DNA of 63,251 bases, counting the filler, from Octopus bimaculoides (lineage: Eukaryota), in assembly GCF_001194135.2 (NCBI RefSeq). It is 6 parts of 5 records of this genome, joined end to end, with 100 filler letters (N's around TTAATTAATTAA, not from the genome) between each part and the next. Parts side by side here need not be neighbours in the genome. Positions count along the whole stretch, not along the records: positions 27,207 to 43,683 come from NC_069003.1; 5 more parts are not named here. One strand, 5' to 3'. Positions 27,163 to 40,691 of this stretch are shown in pieces; the first letter of the stretch is position 1, and each line of letters starts with the position of its first letter. The translations under genes were made by a program, and so were the position numbers. The notes beneath the pieces are model-generated. The model was not told the origin of the DNA and did no database searches. It saw nothing but the letters and a program-made list of their open reading frames with translations.

Positions 27163-27229
27163 NNNNNNNNNNNNNNNNNNNNNNNNNNNNNNNNNNNNNN
27201 NNNNNNTTGAAATCATTATTATTTCTAAT

Positions 27230-27990
27230 TTAGGACAAAGATAACAATTTTATGGGGAAGGACTTAGTCAATACTATCCGCCCCAGTACTTGACTGGCAC
27301 TGAATTTTATTAATCCTGAAGGAGTGAAAGACAAAGATGACCTCAAGAAGATTTGAACCCAGATTGTTGTTGTTGGCACTCCGTCGCTTACGACGTCGAG
27401 GGTTCCAGTTGATCCGATCAACGGAACAGCCTGCTCGTGAAATTAACGTGCAAGTGGCTGAGCACTCCACGGACACATGTACCCTTAACGTAGTTCTCGG
27501 GGATATTCAGCATGATACAGTGTGTCAAGGCTGGCCCTTTGAACTACAGGCACAACAGAAACGGGAAGAAAAACAGGGTTCGCCACCATCCCCTGCCGGA
27601 GCCTCGTGGAGCTTTCGGTGTTTTTGCTCGATAAACACTCACAACACCCAGTCTGGGAATCGAAACCGCGATCCTATGACCGCGAGTCCGCTGCCCTAAC
27701 CACTGGGCCATTGCGCCTCCCCTACACAGATTGTAAAGCCAGAACAAATACTGCGAAGCCTTTTTCCCCAACACTAAGGATTCTGCAAATCTACTGCTCT
27801 AATAATATTAATAATCCTTTCTAATATAGGTACACAGCCTGAAATCTTTTAAGATGTTGGGGCTAGTTGATTACATTGACCCTTGTGCTTGACCATAAAA
27901 GGTGAAGTCAACATGAACAGAACTTGATTACAGAATGTAAAGACAGACAAAATGCTGCTAAGCATTGTGTCCAGTGTGTTAACGCTTCTA
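27230..27990 (-). mobile_element. Family B SINE copies; the left one is split by a family C insertion
   Basis: The B body resumes after 27727. A second B copy lies at about 27820-27990. Confidence 0.75.
27368..27720 (-). mobile_element. SINE family C, full length, with target-site duplication CAGATTGT
   Basis: Minus-strand head GGAGGCGCAATGGCCCAGTGGTTAGGGCAGCGGACTCGCGG..GGTTTCGATTCCCAG. TSD at 27360-27367 and 27727-27734. Confidence 0.9.
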
Positions 27991-28499
27991 TCTGCTCATG
28001 ACGACAATGAAAATTTACACCAGACAGCTTATCTCATTTCATTTAGGTTACAAGTACTTGAGTATTATATTGTAAATGGTTTTCCCAGCTGGTCCAATTC
28101 TCCAGAATTGGCACTACTTATCTATGCTTTGGTCTCATCATGAATAGTTGTTTATACAAAGTCACACACACACACACACACATACAGATGTAATTATATA
28201 AGATAACAATAATCTGTATTTAAATATCTGTTGGTTGGGTGTGTTGTTGTTTGGTTGCTGGTTTGTAAAAACTTAGCTGAATGGGGAACAGCCTTGGTCT
28301 TTGGATACAGAAACCTGGAAGACTGAGAAATTAAGATGTAGGTGCTCTCCAGAGATCCTTTCTTTTCTTTTCTTTTTTTTTTATTGTTTTACTTGTTTGT
28401 CATTGGACTGCAACAACTCTTGGGTAGTGCCTTGAAATGGTTTAACTGAATGAATATCTACCCTAACTTATTGTTTGGTATCTTTTACTGAACTGCTAA

Positions 28500-28720
28500 G
28501 TTAAAGAGATGTAAACAAACCAACATCGGTTGTCAAACGATGGTGGGGGGCCAGACAGACACACACACATATATATATGACAGGCTTCCTTCAGTTTCCA
28601 GCTACCAAATCCACTCAGAAGGCTTTGGTGTGCCCAGGGCTATAGTAGATGACACTTGCCCAAGGTGCCACACAGTGGGACTGAACCCAGAGCCATGTGG
28701 TTGGTAAGCAAGCCACTCCT
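28500..28720 (-). mobile_element. SINE family A, CpG-decayed
   Basis: Reverse-complement match with CG to TG/CA changes. Confidence 0.85.
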
Positions 28721-29939
28721 GTACTCATAATTTCATTGTTCTGTAATTCAGTATGTCATCATCGTCATCATTTAGCATCTGTTTTCCGTACTGCCATGGG
28801 TTGGATGGTTTGACAGGAGCTGGCAGGAGCACAAGCTGTACCAGGTTCCAATGTCTGTTTTGGTATGTTTTCTACAGCTTGATAACTCTCTTAACACTAA
28901 GTACTTTACAGTGTACTTGATGCTTTTTAAGTGGAACCAACATCATTGCTTTTTTTTTACAATCGCACCAGCATCAGTGCTTTTTTATGTGACACCTGCT
29001 CGAGTGCTTTTTATGTGATACCAGCAACGACAGGTTCACCAAGTACTTTGCAAAGTCTTATGAATAAAGAGAATATATTTTCAAGATTGTAATTTAGTGT
29101 GATTTGTGGAAGAACTAGCTGCTGTTTCTGTTTAGCAGGTTGGTCAACCACTTGGAGGCTTCCCTCTTTGGCAGACACCAATCTTTTCCTGAGTTAATAA
29201 ATGAAGCATCAGTTATATATTGGGATTGATTCAAACTTCTGTTATAACCTTTTTCTTTCAAATTTGCAGCCCTGTGTTAATGTAATAGACTTAGGTTATA
29301 CATATGAACAAATTTCTATTTTTCTAATTGCTATATCAAGACTTGGACTTGGGGAAAAAATGGGGGTTCAATCTCATTGGTAGCCATTTTTTTCTTCCCC
29401 CTTATAATAAATTTATTGTCTCCAAACTTAATTTTAACCAAGGTTTATGAACACTGTGCTCCAGTGTAATCTTACTTGTGATGGTTAAGACAAACCAAAG
29501 ATATATTCTTGTATTTCGTCTTAGATTGCTCCTAAAACAAAACAAAAATGTACAAATGTATATTGGCAGATAAATGTTCTGTTGTGTGCTAATGACCTCG
29601 TTAAAAATTCAAGTTATTTACATATGCCTCTTCATGCTATGAACCAATGGGGGAGCTTCTGTGAGGCTGCTCAAACAGGAAGCTTTTTTTCTCTTTTGAC
29701 ATTTTAGAAATTTAAAACCTAAAGTGGTTCCTGGTAAGATTACAGGACATGCTCTTAGGTAACACATGGAACTTTACATAGTCTCTCAGGCTATAGACAA
29801 CAACCAGATCACACAATACAAATACACCCTGCTGTTTTAAAAACAATACCAAGAAAATATATCTGACCACGTGATCCATAGATCTAAAAAAAAAAAAAAA
29901 AAAGGACAAGATGACCTTGCTTGAAATATCCTTGTTTAT

Positions 29940-30110
29940 AGGTACAGGTGTGGCTGTGTGGTAAGAAGTCTTGTTCTGGGTTCAGTCCCACTGTGGCACC
30001 TAGGACAAGTGTCTTCTTATAAACTTGGGTCAACCAAAGCCTTGTAAGTGCATTTGGCTGACTGAGTAAAACCAGTTGTGTGTGTGTGTGTGTGTGTCTC
30101 CTTATTTTGA
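29940..30110 (+). mobile_element. SINE family A, CpG-decayed
   Basis: GGTACAGGTGTGGCTGTGTGGTAAG head. Confidence 0.8.
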
Positions 30111-30502
30111 CATTGTGTGATAGTTATGAGTGTAACTGTCACAGCAGCTATGTCATTCATTTCCAATATTGTGCAAGAACAGTTTTGGCCATAAGGAAAT
30201 ATTACCTTGCTTGGAAACAGGTGAGGGTTGGTGACAGGAAGAGCATCTGGCTATAGAAAATCTGCCTCAATAAACTCTGACTGACCAATGTGAGCATGGA
30301 AAAGTGAATGTTAAAATGATGATGAATCTATTTCAATCAGGGATGACTCGGGGTTAAATAGTTACAGTACCACACCATAGTGTATAATGAATACTATACT
30401 ATACCAACCAGAGAGTGAGCATCTATCTGGTTGCTCAACCTGCTAGAATTAGCTGCCAAGTCTCCTCTTAAATCATACTCTGCTGCCCTTTAAAAAAATA
30501 TA

Positions 30503-30715
30503 TATGGCCGTTGCCAGTACCGCCTGACTGGTTTTCGTGCCAGTGGCACGTAAAAGCACCCACTACACTCTGAGTGGTTGGCATTAGGAAGGGCATCCAG
30601 CTGTAGAAACTCTGCCAAATCAGATTGGAGCCTGGTGTTGCCATCTGGCTTCACCAGTCCTCAGTCAAATCGTCCAACCCATGCTAGCATGGAAAGCGGA
30701 CGTTAAATGATGATA
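30503..30715 (+). mobile_element. Repeat family D with an RTE-like 3' tail ending in (GAT)n
   Basis: GTGGCACGTAAAAGCACC..GGAAGGGCATCCAGCTGTAGAAAC..CCCATGCTAGCATGGAAAGCGGACGTTAAATGATG. Minus copies lie near 28760-28960, 32125-32300 and 39410-39530. Confidence 0.75.
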
Positions 30716-31335
30716 GGATGGGATAGGCATGATAGGATGGTCGTGGCTGATTTGTCTTTGAGCATAAGTGATCAAACCTGGTCTGAAGGGGTAAACAGCA
30801 ACAGCACAATGCTTGGCTGTTATTTAATCATTCCAGGTGTTTGTGCACTCCCTCCCTCCCTCGGTGATAATTTTTTTCCTTTTTTTTTTTTTTTTGCCAC
30901 ATCTCTGATCCAACAATAACCCAACTGCCAAATCCGGCTTGTTTTGATTCATTGCTTCAATTTAAGTGTGACCTTTCAGCAATCTCAGAACAACTGAAGC
31001 AAAACAAAAAATGAGAAAAAGACTTAAATTTATTCTATAACACGGATTACTCAGCAAAATAGAAAATTAAGTTGCTTTNNNNNNNNNNNNNNNNNNNNNN
31101 NNNNNNNNNNNNNNNNNNNNNNNNNNNNNNNNNNNNNNNNNNNNNNNNNNNNNNNNNNNNNNNNNNNNNNNNNNNNNNNNNNNNNNNNNNNNNNNNNNNN
31201 NNNNNNNNNNNNNNNNNNNNNNNNNNNNNNNNNNNNNNNNNNNNNNNNNNNNNNNNNNNNNNNNNNNNNNNNNNNNNNNNNNNNNNNNNNNNNNNNNNNN
31301 NNNNNNNNNNNNNNNNNNNNNNNNNNNNNNNNNNN

Positions 31336-31336
<1 letters not shown>

Positions 31337-31383
<47 letters not shown>

Positions 31384-31545
31384 GACAGGCTTCTTCCTGT
31401 TTCTGTCTACCAAATCCACGCACAAGGCTTTGGTCGGCCCGAGGCTACAGTAGAAGGCATTTGCCCAAGGTGCCATGCAGTGGGACTGAACCCAGGACCA
31501 TGTGGTTGGTAAGCAAGCTACTTACCACACAGCCACTCCTGCACC
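31337..31545 (-). mobile_element. SINE family A
   Basis: Reverse complement of the head. Runs into a gap at its (CA)n. Confidence 0.85.
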
Positions 31546-32124
31546 TATGTATATATATATATATATATATAAAGAGAGAGAGAAAAAGAAATTTTCCTTT
31601 TTATTTTTTAGTCATTAAGATTTTTATTGATATTTGATGAGATTCCTCGTTAATGTTTAATGCAGCTTTACATGCTAATATTTTAATGAAGTATTTACAG
31701 AAGGATGATCTGAAGACTAATTTATAATAATAAAAAAAGCAAGCAAACAAACATGGGAGTTATCTTTTGATTACTTAGATACTTACGTGACATTCAATTA
31801 ATCAAACCATTTAACATGGCACATTTCACATATGTGAGGAGGTCTCCCTGTGATTGTATTTAATATGCAAATGCACTTGCATACATGACATAGTGAGTTG
31901 AAAAACTTCAGTCAGCTGAGATTTTCCAAGCAATTGGTTAATAAGAGTCCCTTGAAGGAAGTGTGTATGTGTGTGTGTGTGTGTGCATGTGTATCATGTA
32001 AATACACACACACATACTTCTGTTGTTTGTACTCTGTTTAAGTTGGATCTATTAATATAAACGTCTATGTATTTGTATTTAAATATTCATCTGAAAGTCT
32101 CCATCTTTTGCTTTCTCTCGTTTT

Positions 32125-32300
32125 TCATCATCATTAATGTCCATTGTCCATAGTGGCATGGGTTGGACAGTTTGACCAGGGCTGGTAAGCTAAGTGGCTG
32201 CACCAGACCCCAGTCTGATTTGATATGGTTTCTAGAGCTGGATGCCCTTCCTAACGCCAACCACTCTAAGAGTTTAATGGGTGCTTTTACGTTGGCATGA
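32125..32300 (-). mobile_element. Repeat family D
   Basis: Reverse complement of 30503-30715. Confidence 0.75.
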
Positions 32301-32778
32301 GTACCAGTTGTGTGACACTAGTATCTGCCACTGGCTTGATGTGTCTTCTACTCAAACATTTCATATTACCAAAGGTCTCAGTCATTTGTCATTGCCTCTG
32401 TGTGGCGCAGCACTTGAAAGGTGCTTTTTGTATGCCACTGGCATTGGCCACAACTATGATTTCACTTGGCTTGACGTATCTTCTCAAGCACGGCATATCA
32501 CTAAAAGTATCGGTCACTAGTCATTACCTCTGTGGGGCCCAATGTTCAAAGACCGTGCTTGAGCACCTCGTTCTATGTCTTCTTGGGTCTACCTCCTCCA
32601 CAGGTTCCCTCCACAGTCAGAGATTGGCACTTCTATATACAGCTGCCCTCATCCATATGTGTCACATGACCATACCAGTGCAGTTGTCTCTCTTGTATAC
32701 ATACATACATATTTTGTTTCATGCCCAAACTATTATATTTAATATATCTAATTTTTTTATCCACATAATTGCCTCCCT

Positions 32779-32837
<59 letters not shown>

Positions 32838-34740
32838 ATATATATATATATTTATACACACATTCACGCACGTGTGTGCATGCACGCTCATGGCCATATG
32901 AAAGTAAGTGGTACTCCTAAATACATGTGGTTGGCATTGCATGTATTTTGACTCCACTTCATGTAACTTTTAGAAGTCCTATGGAACTGAGTCAAGCTGT
33001 TATTAAAAATATATATACATAAACTATTTCAGTCATCAGACTGAAGCCATACTGGGGCACTGCCTTGAAGGGTTTTACTAAATCATTTAGTCAAGTTTGC
33101 AAATTGGTTGAGTTTGTACAGTTGTACAAGTTGAAAATACTGATGTTTTGTGAAAGGTCTGCAACACAGCTTTACCAAGACCAGTGCCTCCTATTCATTT
33201 TGGCTTGTGGGAAGTTGATGAACGCCAAACCCACTCATTTCTCTCAGTCCTGTTTTGTCTTTTGTAACAAACTAAAGTTCAAATTGCTGTTAGGATGGAC
33301 TCAAATACTCCCAACCTGTTGAAGGGAATTATTTCACTGGTGTTTGTGACTGTAAAATAATGTTCAACATATTTTGGTTTAAGAGCTGAAGCTGGCGGTG
33401 TGTAATTGGAGAGGCTGTGACTCTCTCTAAGAACTTCCCCAGTGGTGTGGTTTGTTGTTGCTGTAAAGAGTCCTAAACTAGAAGAGAACTAGTGTGTTGC
33501 TACTGGCAGCCAGCTTGCCTCCGATGTTACAACAGCTGATGGTAGGAATGGGAGCAATTGTTGCTAGAAACAGTACTGGATCTCTCGGTAACTTCTTTGG
33601 TTGCTTAACTTGTTAAAACAAGCAGCCAGATCTACTGCAAATCACATTCTTTCTTAAAGGAAGAATACATTAGAAAATGTAGTCATAGATATTCAGTCTA
33701 GAGAAACAAACAAACAAAATACAAAGCAGACAGGATGGTCATTTCATTGCTAGGATATCTTTGATCTTAGATGAGTTTACTGGATCAGAGCTGGTCCGGT
33801 CTAAACTGGTACTACTATTCATTCCAGCTGCTACTGCTGTGAAGATTTCTCTTAGAGTCTCACGAGAAGCGTTAATGAATATCTTGTTTTTTAATAAGTT
33901 TCTTATCTCTGTTCTGCTTGGTAATAAATTTGTTTCCTTGTCAGAAACGATTTATCTATGGGACAACAGAGAAGATAACGATCTTTCCAATTATATCTAT
34001 AACTCTATAATGTTTCTAATTACATGCTTAACCATTACACACGCACGACCTATGTATTTCAATTAATTTTGAAATTAATGGAACAATTTGGAGGGATTTA
34101 AGGCATAACAGAGGACATTAGTCTATAGAAACATTGATACAAGCCTTGCTGTGTGGTTTATGAAGTCTGCTTCGCAGCCATGTGGTTTCAGGTTCATCCG
34201 ACTGCAAGGCACCCTGGGCAAGTGCCTTCTGCTATAGGCCATCATGTGTGTGTGTGTGTGTGTCTAGATCTAGTTAGCTAGAAACACATCATCATCATCA
34301 TCATACGTCTGTCTTCCATGCTGGTTGGTTTTGACTGCAGCTGGCTCGCTGCCCTTCCCTATGCAAGTATGCATTCTTGTGTTGTCTCTCACCGCTTGAC
34401 AACTAATGTTGGATTGTATATACGCCTGTAACCTAGCAGTTCATCAAAAGAGACATAGAATAAATACTATTCTTATAAACAGGTACTCACAAGACATTAT
34501 GAAGCCTATTTCCCCAAAAGACATTTGCTCAAGGTACTATGCTGTAGGATTGAACCTGGTGCCATGTAGTTGCTAAGCCATATCTATGTCTGGTTAATTT
34601 TCTCTAACGAAAGTCTGTAATCAGTTCTTTTCTATTTTCCAACAATCTTCTTGCCTCTCTGAAATGAAAACCAAAAAAAACTTTCTTGATATGTTGTCTG
34701 GTTAAATATTTCTTTATCTTTATAAGGTATTTTATTTCCT

Positions 34741-34952
34741 TTTAAGCTGGCCATATCCAGCCCAAACATTCTACCTGTTTTATGTTCAAACAGGTCAGAT
34801 CCGGTCTCTCACACTATACCCTACAATGTCATTCTAAAAATTATCAGTCACCTCATCAAAATCTTGAAGCTAAAAGATAATGCATGATTAATTCCAAACA
34901 ATGTGAATAGATAAGTATTTACATTTAACAGAGTATTCTGAACGCTAAAGGG
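34741..34952 (+). mobile_element. piggyBac-like MITE, left end missing
   Basis: Ends in GCTAAAGGG-TTAA. Body matches 36984-37288. Confidence 0.7.
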
Positions 34953-35669
34953 TTAAATTAAAACTTGATAAAATTCAGTTTGCTGTAGTGTAATTAATGT
35001 AAGTGGGTTATAAGTAGCTTTGAGAAATATTTGGTTGCTCACTCTCTTCTCTCTCCCTTTCTCTCCTTCTGTCTGTCTGTCTGTCTCTTATATGATGAGA
35101 TTGTTAAAATTTGATGTGAAACTTCAGAAATAAACATCTAATGGGCAGGCCAGATGGACAGCCTACCTGTTAAATCTGACATTTTATTTCTTGTTCTGAT
35201 GGTCAAGGTGAAATGTCAAGTGTGGGAAAAACTTTAACATCACCTTTTCAGGTGATTCACAGAAAAACAAACAAACAAACAAACAAACAAAGCAACAATC
35301 GTATTAATCTGAAGATGGTCTAACTATTTTAGTGAACATCAAGATGTAACATCACTGATTATATATCTTGAGAGAGAGAGTCACAAATTTTTCCCTATTC
35401 ACACAGACCTGTTTAAATCAATTGTTGTTTTTGGATATAATTAGATGCAAGCTATTAAAGGAGGCAACATTAGCATATCTCCTATAAAGTTCTGAGTGCT
35501 CACATAATTAATACAGTGAGCAAATAAATTTCAATTCATTAAAATTACCTTTATAACGAGTACAGGGAAATAAAGACTTGGTGGTTATTTTATGATCATT
35601 AGTCGTTGAGTCTATTTTTACTTCCTTCTCATTAGAAAGATGATTTTCAATTGGGTATTTTAGTGTTTG

Positions 35670-35935
35670 CTTAGCATGGCCGTGTGGTAGGAAGACTGCT
35701 TCTCAACTGCATGGTCTTGGGTTCAGTCCCATTGCACAGCACTTTGGGTAAGTATATGTCTACAAAAGCTCTGGACCGACCAAAACTTTGTGAGTAGATT
35801 TGGGAGACGAAAACTGTATGTGTGTGTGTGTTTCTTTGTCCCCCACCACCACCTGTCAACCGGTGTTGGTCTTTTTACATCCCTCTAATATAGCAGTTCA
35901 CCAAAGGAGACTGATAGAATAAGTACTAGGCTTAT
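35670..35935 (+). mobile_element. SINE family A, degenerate
   Basis: Head, (TG)n and GATAGAATAAGTACTAGGCTT segment. Confidence 0.8.
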
Positions 35936-36189
35936 TTACTAAAGAGTTTAGAATAAGACTGAAATATGTCCAAAGCTGGCTCATGTAATTGCTGAAAAAA
36001 CCAAAAATATATTAGTCTTTGATTAATTTTTTTTTCTTTTTTCACCTGTAATTATTTCTAGTATTAATTATATAATTATTTCTAGTTAACCTATTTAACT
36101 CTGTTAATACCAGCTTACCATTTGTTTTTCATATTAAGAGTTACTGTGTTTGATTGAGCTGTAAATGCCACCTGCCTTGCCTGATCAAC

Positions 36190-36405
36190 TGTGTAACACG
36201 CACACACACATATAGATGTGTGTGTGTGTGTGTATGAATGTATGATGGCTTCTTCCAGTTTCTGTCTATCAAATCAACTCACAAGGCTTTGGTAGGCCCG
36301 AGACTATAGTAGAAGACACTTGCCCATAGTGTCACACGTTTGGACTGAACCTGAAACCATGTGGTTGGGAAGCACCTACATCTATATATATAAATAGCAT
36401 GCCTG
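36190..36405 (-). mobile_element. SINE family A, degenerate
   Basis: Reverse-complement match. Confidence 0.8.
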
Positions 36406-36983
36406 CACCTATTCATATAGACATGAATAGCATCGCTTGCTCACCAGTACAATCATCTGTCCTACGCATATCCGATTGTTGTCTTTAACGTCCAGTTGCT
36501 TTTTCCTCTCTTCTTTTCCTTTCCGTTGGTGACGACAGTGATAAAAACCAGGTTCTGAGTAGGATTCTAGTAATAAAACTCTCTTTTGTTGTTCTGTGTC
36601 TCTGGTGAGTAGCATTTGTCCTCTTGATTCTACACTTTCTAATCCCTCAGAAACCTTTTAATGGCCAACACTTAGATTTGTATCAACCATGAAGTGGTGG
36701 GGAATTTTCACATGGATAGACATACTGGTCTCTCTCGTATGTCTTACAGTGAGCTAGATGGGTCAAAACCACTTAAGGAATAAAGCACTTACGTATATGG
36801 AACAGACTTAGTCCTGGTTTTATCCACTTGGCCAACTTTTCTCATCCTACATCCTCTTTGTTCTGACATCATGAAATTTTCCCAGTACTCCCTCTTTTGG
36901 CTTTTGTTAAGAAGAATCTTGGTGACTGATACCACCATACACATATATACCGTCTATAGTTGCTGTCTATAGTTGCTGTGTAA

Positions 36984-37288
36984 CCCTTTAACATTTAAAC
37001 CGGCCGTATCTCGCTCAAATATTCTTCTTGTTTTATGATCAAACCAGCCAGATCTGGCTTCTCAGACTTACCCAAAAATTCATTAATACCGGCTGTATCT
37101 GGCTCAAATATTCTTGTTTTATGCTCAAACCAGCCAGATCTGGCTTCTCAGACTTACCCTAAAATTCATTCAAAAAATGTACAATCACATCATCAAAATC
37201 TCAAAGCTGCAAGATAATGCCTGGCTAATTTAAAAACAATGTGAATGAATAAGTATTACATTTGACAATAAATCTGAATAGTAAAGGG
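36984..37288 (+). mobile_element. piggyBac-like MITE with an internal tandem duplication of about 85 bp
   Basis: GTAA-CCCTTTAACATT ... AATAGTAAAGGG-TTAA termini. CAAACCAGCCAGATCTGGCTTCTCAGACTTACCC occurs twice. Confidence 0.75.
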
Positions 37289-37424
37289 TTAATTTTAGGT
37301 CCGCTCTGTCTGAAGAGAATCGGTGACCAACAGCATTCCAGCCATGGCCCATCCTGTTGTTTTGTATATTTAGAATTGCACTCTCCAATGTATTCCCACC
37401 ACCACCACCACACATACACACGTG

Positions 37425-37600
37425 TGAGCTGGCAGAATTGTTAACAAGCTGGGTGAAATACTTAGCTGTATTTCACCTGACGTAATGTTCTGAGTATAAA
37501 TTCAGCCAAGGTCTCAACTTCACTTTTCATCATTTCAGGGTCGATAAAATAAGTACCAGCTGAGCACTGGGGGTTGATGTAATCAATTTAACTACTCCTG
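37425..37600 (+). mobile_element. SINE family B, CpG-decayed
   Basis: GAGCTGGCAGAATTGTTA head and GGGTCGATAAAATAAGTACCAG core. Confidence 0.8.
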
Positions 37601-38689
37601 GGTAAGAGTATAAAAACTGCGCCCCTCTGCCAAGCCATGTGGAGCCAGAGTGGCAAATAGGCTTATCAAGCCAGTATGATTTCAAGCTCAAATTCATGGC
37701 CCCCACATCGGACCACGGCCAGTAGAACATGCTGAGGCTGTTGTCCTGCAGTGGACTGAACATGGACAATCCAATCCAGTTCAGTACAGAGTGTATTGTG
37801 AAGGAATTAGCTGCTTTTTCTAGCAGGTTCAGCTCCATGATGAGACATGGAGATAAATTGAAGGAAGTTTGTACAAAGGAAATGACTTAACAAGTAAAAA
37901 AAGAACAAAGACAATTCTGATATGTTAGCAGTGCCATTGACAAAAACTGAAAGATGGATGACGATGATGATGATGATGATGATGGCTATTGTTATTTTTT
38001 TAAATATTTTAGCATCATCATTTTGGGCTTGTAATTAACTCCCTCTCCACTCCTCTTTCTCTCTTTTGTTATATTTTATAAAAGAAACTTTTCGCTCTCA
38101 TTATAGCATATTTGTGAGATGAGTATGAAAAATTTCATTTCCTGGGAGGTTTTATTTATGATTCCAAAATTAGCACAGCTGTTACTAAATGAGGGGGAAA
38201 TGTCTTCAGGTATTTAACGATTAGTTCTGATTCTTTTCTGTTCTGGGTTCAGTTCCTACTGGAGTTAAATTTCTGCATTTTATCCTTTCAACATTGTTGA
38301 TAAAATAAAGTATCAGTCAAAGAATTAGAGTACATAAATTTGACTGAGTTATGCTGCCCTCGCTTTGTTGCCTTGTTGGGAATATTAACTGGTATAGTTG
38401 TTGTTATTTTAATGTTCACTTGTCCATGCTTGTGTGAGTCAGACAGAGTTTATTAAAGTGGATTTTCTACAGATGCGCTTCCAGTCACCAACCCTCACTT
38501 GTTTTCAAGCAAGGTAATATTTCCCCATGGCAAGACATGCCCTCACAAAATATTGGAGATGAATAACACTGCATGTAGTGCAGGGACAATCATTTAGAAC
38601 TGTGATGCAATATCAAGACAAAGAGACACTAACACACACGCACAAGCACATGCACTCAAATACATGCATACACACAAACATGTGACGTG

Positions 38690-39360
38690 ATATGCTTCTT
38701 TTAGTTTTCATCTACCACTTACAAGATTTTGGTTCGCCTGGGGCTTTAGTAGAAGACACCTGCCCAAGGTGCCATGCAGTAAGACTGAACCTAGAACCAT
38801 GTGGTTGGAAAGCAAGCTTCTTTTACCACGCAACCATACCTGCATCTTAATCAGTTTATTGGAAATCCCGTGACAAGCAATTTTAACACACATCCTTCTG
38901 AAGTTAATTACACAATGTACTAATCAAGTACAGGCGTCAATGTAATTAACTGAACTCTACCCACCATAATTTGTTGCTTTGTTATTTATATTAGGAATAA
39001 TTAATTTATTACTAATCCCTGCCACAACCTGTTTCACGGTTCATCTTCCTGTGAGTTTATGAAACAAAGTACTAGCTAAGCACTGAGCTTGATGTTGTTA
39101 ATCTTTTCCCTCCTCAAAATGTCCGGTGTTTTGCTGTGTTTGCAATCATTATTACACTATGGATGCAGGCATAGTTGTGTAGGTAAGAAAAAAAAGAAAA
39201 AAAAGGCTTGCTTCCCAACTGTGTGGTGTTGGATTCAGTCCCACTGCATGGCAAGCACCTTGGGCAAGCGTCTTCTATTATAGCTTCAAGCTGACCAAAG
39301 CCTTGTGAATGGATTTGTTAAACAGAAACTGAAAGAAGGCCATCATATGTGTGTATATGT
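38690..39360. mobile_element. Two degenerate family A SINEs (38690-38845 minus, 39160-39360 plus)
   Basis: Shared GACACCTGCCCAAGGTGCCATGCAG and CTTGGGCAAGCGTCTTCTATTATAGC cores. Confidence 0.75.
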
Positions 39361-39689
39361 GTGTGACAGAGAATCCAGTGCCTTTGGTGCTAAACTCAAA
39401 ATCCATAATCTGTTTTAGCTTGGTTTCTACGGCAGGATGCCCTTCCCAACATCGACCACTATTCAGAGTGTACTGGGTGCTTTTTGCATGGCACCTACAC
39501 CCACACCAATGCTTTTTTTATGTGGCACCTTGGTTTTAGGATCTCACACACATATGTGACACAATCTATTACTTGCCTGGGTATTGAACCATTTAACCTC
39601 TTATAACTTATGGTATTATATGCTAGTGTAGGGTAGTTAACTGGTAGAATTACTTCCACACCAGACGAAATATTTAACAACATTTCTTC

Positions 39690-39845
39690 CGGGCTTTGTT
39701 CTCAGTTCAGATGCTGTTGAAGTTGATTCCACCTTTCATCCTTTCAAGGTTAATTATATAAGTACCACATGAGCACTGGCAAGGTGTAATCGACCAGCTC
39801 CCACCCCCAAAGTTTCGGGCCTTGTGCCTGTCTCGTAGAAAGTGA
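39690..39845 (+). mobile_element. SINE family B, tail type iii, degenerate
   Basis: CCTTTCATCCTTTC core and TTTCGGGCCTTGTGCCT tail. Confidence 0.7.
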
Positions 39846-40070
39846 CTTATCTGTTTTTATGTTAACTGTCCGACTAATGGTGCCTGCATGTGTCTGTCTC
39901 TAATACTTCCCATCTTATTTCAACCAGTGAGAAAATAATAATAATAATAATAATAATAATCGCCACACTTATTAGTCATTGCCTGTTGTATCAGAACAAT
40001 ACAAATTAACCGACTGATTCAGAGCCTGCAGCCTTTTCAGTGATGTCATCTTTTTGTCAGCTCTCATATA

Positions 40071-40145
<75 letters not shown>

Positions 40146-40539
40146 ACTCTTTATATATATACATATATCAGACTATATATATATATATATGTATAAAATG
40201 ATATGTATACACACATATACATTGTGTGTGTATGTATATATTATGTTTTCAGATGTCTGCTGGTTTAGTTAATGGTGTATGAAGGTTCTACCTCTTGTTG
40301 TTGTTTAGTCCTGGGACAACTTGGATTCACCTAAACCTTGGTGATCCAAGCTATTTTAGCCTCGACCATCCAATCATTTTGTATATTCTAGACTACATTA
40401 CCTGTTATCCTTATTATTTTTTTTTAATATCTTTTTATTTATTATTATTTTTTTAAATTTCGAATGTTGCTGCTGCTATAATAATGCCAGGAGCCTATAA
40501 TGCAGGTGAAAGGCAAAGGCTGATACCACAAGACATCCT

Positions 40540-40658
40540 ATTCAACATAAACAAAGCAAAAGTCGACCTTGGCAGAATTTGAACCGGGAACATAAAGCCA
40601 GAAGGAATGCCACTAAGTGTTTTGGCTGGCACAGTAACAATTCTGCTGCCTTAATAAT

Positions 40659-40691
<33 letters not shown>

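Noticed and set aside
27107-27206. TTAATTAATTAA palindrome repeated five times in the window
   Set aside because: Always centred in a 100-nt N block. It is a synthetic six-frame-stop scaffolding linker.
29708-29733. Possible 26-nt STPG2 micro-exon NLKPKVVPG with ttttag and gtaaga sites
   Set aside because: The ending fits a PG|P split, but it is too short to distinguish from chance and I found no phase-1 partner exon starting GP.
33100-33990. Unique-looking sequence with moderately long open frames on both strands
   Set aside because: No recognisable domain and no consistent splice-site pair.
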